From Patescibacteria group bacterium (lineage in GTDB: Bacteria > Patescibacteriota > Patescibacteriia > UBA9570 > JAHJKD01): 64,000 nt of DNA. Under the pieces are notes generated by a model. The model was not told the DNA's origin. It worked only from the letters and a program-made list of their open reading frames with translations, and made no database searches. How positions within the stretch are numbered: the first letter of the stretch is position 1; each line of letters opens with the position of its first letter. Positions 8,161 to 17,593 of the stretch are shown in pieces. The stretch covers positions 22,423 through 86,422 of the forward strand of contig JBAZVM010000004.1 in assembly GCA_041660885.1 (NCBI GenBank), in the 5' to 3' direction. The position numbers were made by a program, and so were the translations under genes.

Positions 8161-8544
8161 TTATTTTCCTTTGGAAAGAACGTCTTTAATTTTCTGGACG
8201 ATTTCTCCGGTGGTGAAGTTGGCTTTAACCAAATAATCTGCCGCACCGAGTGATAAGCCTTTTTCCACTTTTTCTTCCTGGCCGAAGTTGGAAAGAATAA
8301 TTACGGGGATGTCTTTCGTGCCGGAAGCCGGATCCTTCTTTAAATTTTCCAATACCTCAAAACCGTCCATGCCGGGAAGCATGATGTCTAATAAGATAAT
8401 GTTCGGCTTGTCTTCTTGCGCTTTCTTAAGACCCGTTTCACCGTCATTGGCCGCGACCACGGAATAGCCTTCTTTGTCGAGCTTAGTGGAGATCAATTCA
8501 GCTAGGAATTTGTCGTCTTCTACTATGAGTACTTTGGTAGCCAT
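8161..8544 (-). CDS. stand-alone response regulator receiver domain (CheY-like)
   Basis: KVLIVEDD, ILLDIMLPGMDG and a conserved K in YLVKANF. 127 aa with no output domain. Confidence 0.85.
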   Translation of the reverse strand: MATKVLIVEDDKFLAELISTKLDKEGYSVVAANDGETGLKKAQEDKPNIILLDIMLPGMDGFEVLENLKKDPASGTKDIPVIILSNFGQEEKVEKGLSLGAADYLVKANFTTGEIVQKIKDVLSKGK

Positions 8545-8615
8545 AAAATAGTTGTTAGTTTTAACTTTTTAGTCTATTGTTATTATATAATAAATTAATT
8601 TAGAAGTAAACAATT

Positions 8616-9278
8616 ATGGGTATTCTTTACATTGTAGCCACTCCTATAGGTAATCTGGACGATATCACTCTCCGGGCTTTAAAAACATTAAAACAAGCCG
8701 ATTTTATTGCCTGTGAAGACACTCGGCAAACTGCTAAACTGCTGCAAAAACACTCAATAAATAAGCCTTTAATCTCCTATCACCAGCATTCCAAACTTAC
8801 GAGAATAGATTATATTATTAATTTACTGAAAGAGGGAAAAACCATAGCTTTAGTATCCGATGCCGGTACCCCGGCCGTATCTGACCCTGGATCTATTTTA
8901 GTCAGTAAAGCTATCGATAATAATATAACCGTTTCCCCCATACCCGGTCCTTGCGCCGCCATTTGCGCGTGGCAAGCAGCGGGCTTAGCCAGCCATCAAT
9001 TTACTTATTACGGGTTTCTGCCTAATAAAAAAGGTAGGCAGACTATGCTTAAAAAAATATTAAACGAAGATAAACCAGTAATCGTTTACGAATCATGCCA
9101 TCGCATTAATAAACTCCTTTCCGAATTAGGCGAAACCCAAGTGATCGTAGCCAAAGAACTAACGAAAATTCATGAAACCTTTTTTCGCGGCAAGGCTAAT
9201 GAAATAAAAATTGAAGTGCCTAAAGGAGAATATGTCGTCCTCATCCCCGATACTGCAGAGCCTCAGCCACATGGCTAG
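8616..9278 (+). CDS. rsmI: 16S rRNA (cytidine1402-2'-O)-methyltransferase
   Basis: LYIVATPIGNLDDITLRAL, CEDTR and DAGTPAVSDPG motifs. Confidence 0.9.
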   Translation: MGILYIVATPIGNLDDITLRALKTLKQADFIACEDTRQTAKLLQKHSINKPLISYHQHSKLTRIDYIINLLKEGKTIALVSDAGTPAVSDPGSILVSKAIDNNITVSPIPGPCAAICAWQAAGLASHQFTYYGFLPNKKGRQTMLKKILNEDKPVIVYESCHRINKLLSELGETQVIVAKELTKIHETFFRGKANEIKIEVPKGEYVVLIPDTAEPQPHG

Positions 9279-10749
9279 TTAATATTTTTTCTTTTCCTTC
9301 CAAGTCCGCTATGGTGCGAGAAATTTTCAATATGCGGAAATAAGCTCTCGGAGACAGGTTTAATTTAATAACAGCATCCTTGAGCAAAGAAAGGCTTGAT
9401 TGATCCAAAGCGCAAAATTTTTCTATTTCTTTATTCCCCATCTCGGAATTTACTATGATTTTTAAATTACTAAATCTTTCTTTTTGCCGCATTCGAGCTT
9501 TTTCCACGCGCGCTCTAATTTGCTTAGACGGTTCTTCCAGCTCTTTTTGCGATAGCTTGCTGAACTTTAATCGAGGCACGGTTATATGCAAATCGATTCT
9601 ATCTAATATCGGACCGGATATTTTTTTCTGATAGTTTATAACTTGCAAAGGCGTGCATTGGCATTCCTTTTGTGGATCTCCCTTATATCCACATGGGCAT
9701 GGGTTCATGGAAGCCAGCAAAATAAACTTGGCCGGATAGCAAACAGAACCTTGCACGCGGCTGACATGGATGATTCCTTCTTCCAAGGGCTGGCGCAATG
9801 CTTCCAACACGGCGCGCGGGAATTCCGGAAACTCGTCCAAGAATAATAAGCCTCTATGGGCCAGAGAAATCTCGCCGGGTTTGGGAACACGGCCTCCGCC
9901 CACAATGGAAGGCGCCGAGGCCGAGTGATGGGGCGCGCGAAACGGGCGAAAATTTATCAGGGGCTGGGTTTTGCTTAACAAGCCGGCTACGCTGTAAATG
10001 CGCGTAGTTTCCAACATCTCTTCGTAGGTCATCATGGGCAGAATGGAAGCGGAGGTTTTAGCCAGCAAGGTTTTACCGGACCCGGGCGGGCCGCTTAATA
10101 AAACATTATGCCCGCCCGCGGCCGCGATTTCCAAAGCGCGCTTGGCCGTTTCTTGGCCGCGAATATAAGCCATATCCAAATTACTTTTTATATCGTAATT
10201 CAATAGCTTTATATTTTTACTTTGATACTGCGTGATTTTTTTTGCATTAGTTAAATGCTCATAAATTTCCTGCAAACATGGCACGGGAAAAACAGTTAGT
10301 CCCGGTATCAGCGAGGCTTCATCGGCATTTTCTTTGGGAACATATAATATTTTATAGCCCTTTTCCTTGGCCATCATGGCGCAGGCTAAAACGCCAGCCA
10401 CGGGCCGCACTTCTCCGCGCAGGGAAAGTTCTCCAATAAATAGAGACTTGTCTTCAATTGTCTTAAAATGGCCGTCTGCCGCCAGTACGGCCAAAGCTAT
10501 GGGCAAATCGAACCCCGGGCCTTCTTTTTTTAAATCCGCGGGCGCTAAATTGATCAGCACGCGGAATTCGGGGAAAGGTATGCCCGAATTCTTAATAGCC
10601 GCACGCACGCGTTCTTTCGCTTCTTGTATGGCAGTGTCCGGCAGGCCAACTACGGTAAAATTGGGCAAACCATGGGTAATATCGGCTTCCACTTGCACGG
10701 GCTCGCAGTTTAACCCAACAACGGCGGCCGTGAATATTTTTTTTGTCAT
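9241..10749 (-). CDS. comM: Mg-chelatase-like AAA+ protein YifB/ComM
   Basis: Lon-like N-domain, Walker A LLSGPPGSGKTLLAK, and the LFLDEFPEF and PCPCGY motifs. Start moved to MTKKIF (ATG 10749). Confidence 0.9.
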   Translation of the reverse strand: MTKKIFTAAVVGLNCEPVQVEADITHGLPNFTVVGLPDTAIQEAKERVRAAIKNSGIPFPEFRVLINLAPADLKKEGPGFDLPIALAVLAADGHFKTIEDKSLFIGELSLRGEVRPVAGVLACAMMAKEKGYKILYVPKENADEASLIPGLTVFPVPCLQEIYEHLTNAKKITQYQSKNIKLLNYDIKSNLDMAYIRGQETAKRALEIAAAGGHNVLLSGPPGSGKTLLAKTSASILPMMTYEEMLETTRIYSVAGLLSKTQPLINFRPFRAPHHSASAPSIVGGGRVPKPGEISLAHRGLLFLDEFPEFPRAVLEALRQPLEEGIIHVSRVQGSVCYPAKFILLASMNPCPCGYKGDPQKECQCTPLQVINYQKKISGPILDRIDLHITVPRLKFSKLSQKELEEPSKQIRARVEKARMRQKERFSNLKIIVNSEMGNKEIEKFCALDQSSLSLLKDAVIKLNLSPRAYFRILKISRTIADLEGKEKILTSHVAEALQYRG

Positions 10750-10822
10750 ATAAATAAAAAACGCCCCAACAAAGGGGTCACCTGAAAACAATATTATATT
10801 AATTCATTAAAAAACGCAAATT

Positions 10823-11140
10823 TTATTGTTTGGTAATTTTTTCGTTGATTTCTTTTTGCAATTTTATCAGATTATCCATATTATCTTCTTCGGCTACTTT
10901 ATTTCTCTTTAACTCGCCGCATTTTTCGCATCTGCTAATAATGCTGTATTTCTGCCGTTGAAATTCTATGGCTACGGGACGCATCATTCCTTGGCAATCA
11001 TTTTTCCGATCTCCGGGAACTATATCCACGTGTTTGGAATAAAAGCACTGTGGACAATGATTGGTATAACCCGTGCCTTTTACGCTAAAGCCGCAATGCT
11101 CGCATTTAAAGTCTTCAATGATTTTTTGAAAATTTTTCAT
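10823..11140 (-). CDS. RNHCP-domain zinc-ribbon protein
   Basis: FKCEHCGFSVKGTGYTNHCPQCFYSKHVD plus a second Cys pair, CEKCGE. Confidence 0.6.
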   Translation of the reverse strand: MKNFQKIIEDFKCEHCGFSVKGTGYTNHCPQCFYSKHVDIVPGDRKNDCQGMMRPVAIEFQRQKYSIISRCEKCGELKRNKVAEEDNMDNLIKLQKEINEKITKQ

Positions 11141-11576
11141 GCTTAAATAAAATTATTGTCCAAAGGATAACGGCGATCACAATATAAATATCGGCCAAAT
11201 TAAAAACAGACCAAAAAGGCACATTAATAAAATCAACCACTCCGCCATATTTTATTCTATCCAATAAATTACTAACCGCGCCGATAATAATAAAAACCAA
11301 ACAGCAAAACAAATAATAATTATTCTTTCTGACGTTATCCACTAATAAATAAAATAGTATGAGAGAAATTACAGAAAACAAAACATAATATAGAATATCG
11401 TTCTCGATAAAGCCGAAGGCCATGCCTTTATTTTTACACAATTCAAAAATTAATATTTTAGGGAAAACCACAAAGGAATTGTCCGGTTGATTGATAAACA
11501 AATATTTAGTCAGCCGATCGATCGTGAATGCTATAAATGATAGCGCCAATATTAAATAGTATTTTTTATTAGCCAC
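11115..11576 (-). CDS. lspA: lipoprotein signal peptidase II
   Basis: Four TM segments. Motifs NKGMAFGF, VVDFI and FNLADIYI. Confidence 0.85.
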   Translation of the reverse strand: MANKKYYLILALSFIAFTIDRLTKYLFINQPDNSFVVFPKILIFELCKNKGMAFGFIENDILYYVLFSVISLILFYLLVDNVRKNNYYLFCCLVFIIIGAVSNLLDRIKYGGVVDFINVPFWSVFNLADIYIVIAVILWTIILFKHEKFSKNH

Positions 11577-11967
11577 ACTTAACGCAAGTTAAAGCGGAGG
11601 GATTTACCTGCAATCTTTTAATATCGATTTCTTTCCCGCACTTCTCGCATTTGCCGTATTCTCCGGATTCCATTTTTTTCAAAGCTTCGTCGATCAAATC
11701 TAATTTGCTTTCCAACTCGCCGGTGAGATTCAGGTTGATGCTGTAGTCTTCCACTTCGGAGGGCGATGAGTCTCCGGTTTCGATATCAGAGTCGTCGCCG
11801 TAGTCTGGAAAGTTCGGCGCGTATTTTCCCGGAACGTGGTCTCCTTTATCCGGCTTGGCCACGGATGATAAAGCTTCGATGATTTCTTCTTTTTCTTTTT
11901 GTAATTTATTTTTCAATTCCTCTAAAGTTTTCTTTTCCATGGCTTTGTGATTAATTTTATTGTTCAT
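11569..11967 (-). CDS. DksA/TraR-family C4 zinc-finger protein
   Basis: Coiled-coil N-terminus and C-terminal CEKCGKEI...CVKCG. Confidence 0.8.
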   Translation of the reverse strand: MNNKINHKAMEKKTLEELKNKLQKEKEEIIEALSSVAKPDKGDHVPGKYAPNFPDYGDDSDIETGDSSPSEVEDYSINLNLTGELESKLDLIDEALKKMESGEYGKCEKCGKEIDIKRLQVNPSALTCVKCG

Positions 11968-12002
11968 ATTATAGCAGAAAGAAAATAATAAAAAAAGATA
12001 GG

Positions 12003-12040
12003 AAAAAAAACAAATATAAAGCCCGGAATTAATTCCGGGC
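12003..12040 (-). terminator. intrinsic terminator of orphan transcription unit
   Basis: Perfect palindrome GCCCGGAATTAATTCCGGGC (12021-12040). On the minus strand it is followed by TTTATATTTGTTTTTTTT. Confidence 0.7.
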
Positions 12041-12427
12041 TAAAAGTTGTGAAGTTTGAAAGAGGGGCGCAAACGCCCCACTTCTTATTAAAAAGAATGT
12101 GATAATAGCGTAGCGCCCCAAACCCTTAAGCTAACCTTGTATTCGCCTCTTTTTTCAAAGAGGAAAACGCAAAGGATTTCCACTTAAGAGCAAGGTGCTC
12201 TTATTGTACATACCAGGAGTCGTACATATCCCCATAAGCGTAGCGGGGTTTCTCTACCATACCGCTGTCCCTCAGCTCTTCCGCAAGGGAAGAATAATCG
12301 AGGGCTCGCGAAACTTTTATTTTTGTTTTTTTCCTGGAATTTTGCACAGCAGAGAAAAATCTGTTTTCAATATGGCTTATTAAAAACAATTTTCTCGCCG
12401 CTCTTTTTCAATGTACTTTAGTGTACA
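12041..12427 (-). other. orphan transcript: structured GC-rich RNA and/or micro-ORF
   Basis: Bounded by a consensus promoter and a terminator. It contains several GC hairpins (GGGGCG-CAAA-CGCCCC at 12064-12079, CCTCTTT-TTTC-AAAGAGG at 12146-12163). The track ORF 12201..12389 starts with TTG. The only SD-led ATG gives MVEKPRYAYGDMYDSWYVQ (19 aa). Confidence 0.4.
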
Positions 12428-12433
12428 TATATA

Positions 12434-12462
12434 AGTATAACAAATTTTTCGGCTTTGGTCAA
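12434..12462 (-). promoter_or_regulatory. sigma70-like promoter
   Basis: On the minus strand: TTGACC (12462-12457), 17 nt spacer, TATACT (12439-12434). Confidence 0.6.
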
Positions 12463-12481
12463 TCATCTACATTCAATAATC

Positions 12482-12497
12482 GCTAACTTTAGCCAAA
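12482..12497. promoter_or_regulatory. third copy of GCTAA..TTAGC motif
   Basis: GCTAACTTTAGCCAAA is identical to 6541-6556. It lies about 20 nt upstream of the -35 at 12457-12462. Confidence 0.35.
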
Positions 12498-12563
12498 ATG
12501 AATGTTGATAACCTCGTTTGACACGCGTAAAAAATATTTGTCCACATGTGTATAACTTCTAAC

Positions 12564-12588
12564 AAAAAACCCCGCCGCGACGGGGTTT
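12564..12588 (-). terminator. gmk terminator
   Basis: CCCCG-CCGCGA-CGGGG, with a T-run on the minus strand (A-run 12564-12569). Confidence 0.8.
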
Positions 12589-12609
12589 GATTGTTATGAG
12601 AAAAATTAT

Positions 12610-13167
12610 TTACGAATTATTCTCTATCGTCTCTTTTACTTCCATAGCCGCGTCTTTTAATTTCCCTTCTTCGTTAACAACGAGATAATCCCAATCCAAC
12701 AAATTCTCTAATTCTTTCTTGGCCGTGTCTAATCTTTGTTTGATTACTTCTTTGGTATCTGTTTCGCGATTAACCAATCTTTTTTCCAAGTATTCATACG
12801 AAGGCGGCATGATAAAAATGGTTACGCAATCCGGACGCATACGTTTGAATGTCCTGGCGCCTTGCGGATCCACCTTTACCACGACTACTTTATGGTTTTT
12901 TAATTTGTCATCCACTTCTTGTTTGCCGCTGCCGTAATAATTTCCGTAAACTTGAGCCCACTCGATCATGTCTCCCGCGTCGATATTCTTTTTAAAATCA
13001 GCCACGGAAATAAAATGATACGGATGGCCTTCGCTTTCTCCGTTTCTCACTTCCCGAGTACTAGTTGTGATCACCTGAACAAAATTTAATCCAAGATCTT
13101 TGGCTTTATAAATTACGGAATCTTTTCCGGCGCCGGAAGGACCGGTAATGACAAATAACTTTCCCAT
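12610..13167 (-). CDS. gmk: guanylate kinase
   Basis: P-loop GPSGAGKDS and TTSTREVRNGESEGHPYHF. Confidence 0.95.
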   Translation of the reverse strand: MGKLFVITGPSGAGKDSVIYKAKDLGLNFVQVITTSTREVRNGESEGHPYHFISVADFKKNIDAGDMIEWAQVYGNYYGSGKQEVDDKLKNHKVVVVKVDPQGARTFKRMRPDCVTIFIMPPSYEYLEKRLVNRETDTKEVIKQRLDTAKKELENLLDWDYLVVNEEGKLKDAAMEVKETIENNS

Positions 13168-13170
13168 AAA

Positions 13171-15390
13171 TTAATTTTTATTATTATAATTATTAAATCT
13201 TTTTCTCGGCGCGAACGGTCGTCTGGGTGGCGGCGGCACGTAATTAGCCGGGGGTTCAAGCAGAGCTTTGCGGGAAAGTTCAATGCGATTCTTTTCTTTA
13301 TCCACGCCCATTACTTTAACTTTTATCTTGTCGCCTATTTTGATATAGTCTTCTATTTTTTCCACGCGCTCGTAGGCGATGGCGGAAATGTGCACCATGC
13401 CGTCGTGGTTCGGGGTAAGCTGTACGATGGCGCCGATTTCACTGCCCGTGTTTCTATCTTTTATTATTTGCATTACTTCGCCTTCATAAACTTCGCCTAC
13501 TAATATTTCTTTGGTAATGCCTTTTACCAATTCCAGAGCTTTCTTCATGGCTTCGGGTTTTTCCGCGGTGATGTAAACCAAACCATCATCTTCTATGTCT
13601 ATAGCCACGCCGGTTTCATCAATAATGCCGTTGATTACTTTTCCGCCCGGTCCGATCAATTCTCTGATTTTATCCGGATCGATTTGCAATTTCTCAATGC
13701 GCGGGGCGTAAGGAGACATTTCTTTTCTAACTTCCGGCAACACGCTTAACATTACTTCTAATATTTTTATGCGCGCCACTTTGGCTGCTTCCAAAGCTTC
13801 TTTCACCACATCCATGGCAATGCCACCTAATTTAATATCCAGCTGAATGCCGTTGATGCCATCTTTGGTTCCGGCAATTTTAAAATCCATATCTCCGGCG
13901 TGATCTTCCACTCCTTGAATGTCCGTTAGAATAGTATGCTTGCTGCCGTCTTCGCTGGTGATCAAACCAATGGCAATGCCGGCCACGGGTTTTTTAATGG
14001 GTACGCCCGCGTCCATCAAAGCCAAAGTGGATCCGCAAGCCGAAGCTTGAGAAGAAGAACCGTTGGAAGCAAGCACTTCGGAAACCACGCGGATGGTATA
14101 AGGGAACTCTTCTTTCGGAGGAATCATGGGCACTAAAGATTTTTCCGCCAAAGCGCCATGGCCGATTTCTCTTCTGCCCGGGCCGCGGAATGGGGAAATT
14201 TCTCCCACGGAAAAACCGGGGAAATTATAATGGTGCATATAGCGTTTTTTGCCTTCTACTTCCATGCCGTCTAATATTTGTTCGGCGCCGGGAGAAGCTA
14301 AAGTGACAATGCTCATTACCTGTGTTTCACCGCGTTGGAATATGGCGCTGCCGTGCGTGCGAGGCAATACTCCTACCATAGCGCCAAGAGGCCTAATTTC
14401 ATCGGGCTTGCGGCCGTCAATGCGCTCGCCCTTTTCTATTACCAAGCGGCGGGCTTCTTTTTCCATCAGTAAATCAAATAAAGAAAAAGCGTAGGCTTCA
14501 TCTTCTTGAGCCATTATTAGCTTTAGATCTTTCTTTAATTGGTGTTCTTTATCGCGGCGTTCGTGTTTATCGGCTATTCCGTACATTTTAGGCAATTCTT
14601 TATTTAAAAAATCCTGCACTTGCTTTTCCACATCAACCCTGTGTTTCTTTTCTTCTTCGGTATATTCAGGCTCTTTTATCACTTGTTTTTTCTTGCCTAA
14701 TTCTTGTTTAATTTTAGCTAGCAATTCTATAATCGGCTTGGTGTTTTCTATGGCCAATTCAATGGCTTTATATATCTCATCTTCCGTGGCCTCATTGGCA
14801 TCGGTTTCTATCATTACCACTTCTTTGCCATTGTTGGAAACGAACAAGTTTGCCTTAGCCTCCAGCTTTTGAGTGAAGGTGGGGTTCACAATCATCTTGC
14901 CTTCTTTGTCTATGCTGACGCTGGCGCCAGCCAGAGATCCATTGAAAGGAATGTCGGATAAATGCAAAGCGCACACAGCGCCGATCAACCCCGGCAAATC
15001 CGGATCGTTATCTTCGTCCAAGGAGAGGACAGAAGATACTACTTGGATATCGTTTCTTATTTCTTGATTAAAAAGCGGACGAATGGAGCGGTCAATAATG
15101 CGCGCGGTTAAAATGGCTTCTTCCGAAGGGCGGCCTTCTCTTTTAATGAAACGAGAGCCGGAAATTTTTCCCGCGGCGTATAAATTTTCCCGATACTCCA
15201 CGGAAAGCGGAAAATAGCTCATGCCCGGCTTCGGTTCCAAACCCATGCAAGCGGTGGCTAAAATTACCGTGTCGCCATACTGCACGCGGCAAGAACCGCC
15301 GGCCAGACCGGCGAGCAAGCCCGTTTCAATAGTTAGCTTTCTTCCTCCCCATTCCAATTCGTACTTTTTTGGTTGGTTCATAATGATCAT
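13171..15390 (-). CDS. pnp: polyribonucleotide nucleotidyltransferase (PNPase)
   Basis: Two RNase PH domains (GRREIGHGALAEKSL), KH and S1 domains. 739 aa. The start may be the second ATG at 15378. Confidence 0.97.
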   Translation of the reverse strand: MIIMNQPKKYELEWGGRKLTIETGLLAGLAGGSCRVQYGDTVILATACMGLEPKPGMSYFPLSVEYRENLYAAGKISGSRFIKREGRPSEEAILTARIIDRSIRPLFNQEIRNDIQVVSSVLSLDEDNDPDLPGLIGAVCALHLSDIPFNGSLAGASVSIDKEGKMIVNPTFTQKLEAKANLFVSNNGKEVVMIETDANEATEDEIYKAIELAIENTKPIIELLAKIKQELGKKKQVIKEPEYTEEEKKHRVDVEKQVQDFLNKELPKMYGIADKHERRDKEHQLKKDLKLIMAQEDEAYAFSLFDLLMEKEARRLVIEKGERIDGRKPDEIRPLGAMVGVLPRTHGSAIFQRGETQVMSIVTLASPGAEQILDGMEVEGKKRYMHHYNFPGFSVGEISPFRGPGRREIGHGALAEKSLVPMIPPKEEFPYTIRVVSEVLASNGSSSQASACGSTLALMDAGVPIKKPVAGIAIGLITSEDGSKHTILTDIQGVEDHAGDMDFKIAGTKDGINGIQLDIKLGGIAMDVVKEALEAAKVARIKILEVMLSVLPEVRKEMSPYAPRIEKLQIDPDKIRELIGPGGKVINGIIDETGVAIDIEDDGLVYITAEKPEAMKKALELVKGITKEILVGEVYEGEVMQIIKDRNTGSEIGAIVQLTPNHDGMVHISAIAYERVEKIEDYIKIGDKIKVKVMGVDKEKNRIELSRKALLEPPANYVPPPPRRPFAPRKRFNNYNNKN

Positions 15391-15459
15391 GGACCTAACC
15401 TGCAGACTGCAGACTCCTGTTTTTACAGAGTCTAATTGTCTACAGGCTAGATTTAATAG

Positions 15460-16041
15460 TTAATTAAATTTAATAAAACTATCCAAACTATTTAAAAAAC
15501 TTTCATTGCCGCTGAAATGATAAAGCCGATTATTATTTGTAACTATTATCAAGCTGACTTCTGAGCCGTCTTTGGCGCTTCCGCCGGTTAGTTTTGTTCC
15601 TTTCACGCCGTCGATATAGATCGCTTCTTCTTTTTCTATGCCAATGCTGTTGCGCACCATGCCTTCGTAATCGGTTGGCATTACATTAACGTAATTGCCA
15701 TCTCCCATATCCAAATTAATAATGTCTCCATTTTCGCTCCGCACTAAATCTGGGTAGCCAAAAATTTCAATACCTAATTCGCTGACGTTTTGATTTAAAT
15801 TTTCACCACCCGTGCCCGAGCTAATGTTGGCGTTCTCATTCGCGGACACTGAATTTTTATTGGCATTATTTTTTGTCTTCGCGTTGGCGTTCAGATTGGC
15901 CGGCTGTTCTATATTAGTGTTCACCTCGTCCGAGCCGGGATTAACCGCGAAATAATAAACTAAAATGCACGCGACGATGACGACGAAAATGATAAAATAA
16001 AGACCTGATTTTTTATCAAATGAAAATTTGGAACGCGGCAT
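15460..16041 (-). CDS. membrane-anchored hypothetical protein, Asn-rich linker
   Basis: TM segment LYFIIFVVIVACILVYYFA, then a low-complexity ANLNANAKTKNNANKNSVSANENAN tract and a C-terminal globular part. Confidence 0.6.
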   Translation of the reverse strand: MPRSKFSFDKKSGLYFIIFVVIVACILVYYFAVNPGSDEVNTNIEQPANLNANAKTKNNANKNSVSANENANISSGTGGENLNQNVSELGIEIFGYPDLVRSENGDIINLDMGDGNYVNVMPTDYEGMVRNSIGIEKEEAIYIDGVKGTKLTGGSAKDGSEVSLIIVTNNNRLYHFSGNESFLNSLDSFIKFN

Positions 16042-16055
16042 TTTATTTTTGTTTA

Positions 16056-16331
16056 TTAAACAATCGTATCTTTAAGCTTGAGAGATTTTATCAGTTTTTG
16101 ATAGGCTTCCAATTCTTCTTTCTTTAAATAGCGCAGCAAGCGGCGGCGTTGGCCGACTTTTTTTAATAAACCGCGGCGGGAAGAATGGTCTTTCTTGTGT
16201 TGTTTTAAATGTTCGCCCAATTCAGAAATTTCAAACGATAAAATGGCGATTTGCACTTGCGGAGAACCGGTGTCGCCATCGTGCGTTTTAAATTTCTTGA
16301 TAATGTCTTCTTTTTTTTCTTTGCTGATCAT
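16056..16331 (-). CDS. rpsO: 30S ribosomal protein S15
   Basis: [11 protein letters not shown] and [22 protein letters not shown]. Start moved to MISKEKK (ATG 16331). Confidence 0.95.
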   Translation of the reverse strand: MISKEKKEDIIKKFKTHDGDTGSPQVQIAILSFEISELGEHLKQHKKDHSSRRGLLKKVGQRRRLLRYLKKEELEAYQKLIKSLKLKDTIV

Positions 16332-16439
16332 AAGATCGTTGCACCACGATGCCCGAGTCAAGCGTTTTTCTTAGTATAACCGCAAGCCAAGGCAACGTTG
16401 TTTAATGTTATAAGTAAAAATAATATAGCACTATTATTT

Positions 16440-17585
16440 TCAAAGGTCAACCCCGGCCGCGCTTAAACTGCTGGGCAAATAAATGTTTAAATCTTTCATA
16501 TTAAGCGGCACATAAGACGTGTTCTGCGCATTAACCAATATACACGCTTCCGCAAAAGGACTGTTGATTTGCACCAATCTGCCGCCAAATTGTTTGCGCA
16601 CCAATTCATATGGGTCTGTCTGCCTGTGGCCGATAAACCACCATGCATGCTTCTCCGCACCGATATTGCTTCTCGTCCCTTCTAGGCATCTTTCATTGGT
16701 TCCTCGATTTTTACTCATTTTAAACCATTCATTCCCTTCGTCGCCGTCTTTTGTTTCATCCCCTTCTGAAAGATCATGATGAACATTATCAACCCAAGTA
16801 AGATTATAAAAAGCGCTTTCAGTTCTATTTCTTATTTCTTGCTCTGTTAAAATTCTACCGGGCGCCGCGTGAGAAGCAACGAAATTTTTTCCCTTTACAA
16901 GCAAAGGTAAAGCTTTTTCCCAATTAATATATTCTTTAGAAAAATCTTCGCCAAAAATTTTTCTAACATTTCTAGAAAAAATTTCTCCTTGTTGCACACA
17001 ATGATTCCCGCTTTTTTTAAAAAGGGTCAAGGGGTCGGCGGAAAAATCATGATTGCCTCTTAAATAAACAGCTCTCCCTTTAAAAGACGCAACCAGTTCC
17101 ATAATCATTTTCATGGTGTTAAGGGAAGCCACGACATCCCATTCTTGCACAGTTTCATCATCATACGTTCCCATAATATCCGGGGTTTCTAAGTGCATAC
17201 CGTCTCCCAAAAAAACAATATTTACCCAACCTTCTTTTAATAGATCGTATACGGTTTTTTCTTCTTTCATCTCCGGCGGCATTAATACTTTTGTTTCTAG
17301 AAGATGGAGAATAAAATCCTTCCGGCCATGAAGGTCCGGAATAATTATAGTGGGCCGCGGAGTAGGTTCTAATTCCGCTATGCCTTCGGTGCCGCGCAAA
17401 GCTTCCAATGCCCGATGCAAAGAAGACAAGTAAGATTCCTTGCTTTCCGGACTATGCCTGTTAGCCGTTTCTCTTAATTCTTCCAAAGTAATTTCATCGG
17501 GAAGCTGCTCCAGATTTTTATCCGGCAAATTCATAGGCTCGCCAATTGGTGTTGGCGATTTTGTTGGTTCTCGTCTTCCGGGCAT
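16440..17585 (-). CDS. calcineurin-like metallophosphoesterase, possible PPP-type protein phosphatase
   Basis: PDLHGR (DxHG), LGDGMH (GDxx) and LRGNHD (GNHD) motifs, with an N-terminal extension of about 85 aa. Confidence 0.75.
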   Translation of the reverse strand: MPGRREPTKSPTPIGEPMNLPDKNLEQLPDEITLEELRETANRHSPESKESYLSSLHRALEALRGTEGIAELEPTPRPTIIIPDLHGRKDFILHLLETKVLMPPEMKEEKTVYDLLKEGWVNIVFLGDGMHLETPDIMGTYDDETVQEWDVVASLNTMKMIMELVASFKGRAVYLRGNHDFSADPLTLFKKSGNHCVQQGEIFSRNVRKIFGEDFSKEYINWEKALPLLVKGKNFVASHAAPGRILTEQEIRNRTESAFYNLTWVDNVHHDLSEGDETKDGDEGNEWFKMSKNRGTNERCLEGTRSNIGAEKHAWWFIGHRQTDPYELVRKQFGGRLVQINSPFAEACILVNAQNTSYVPLNMKDLNIYLPSSLSAAGVDL

Positions 17586-17593
17586 AATGATGA

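Noticed and set aside
12041-12427. Possible tmRNA, 6S or SRP RNA in the orphan transcript.
   Set aside because: There is no tRNA-like 5' GGGG / 3' TTCGA-type T-arm, no tag ORF ending in a hydrophobic Ala-rich tail, and no SRP GGAA-tetraloop motif. I kept it only as an unclassified candidate RNA or micro-ORF.
13936-15463. Multiple 60-80 aa antisense or off-frame ORFs inside pnp. Similar ones occur inside rnj 18212-19741, comM 9643-10753, uvrA 34440-36659, groEL 41584-42888, purF 55277-55948 and ftsK 46308-47621.
   Set aside because: They lie within strongly supported conserved genes whose locally higher GC keeps other frames open. Their products are R/P/S/G-rich or otherwise junk-like, with no start signals.
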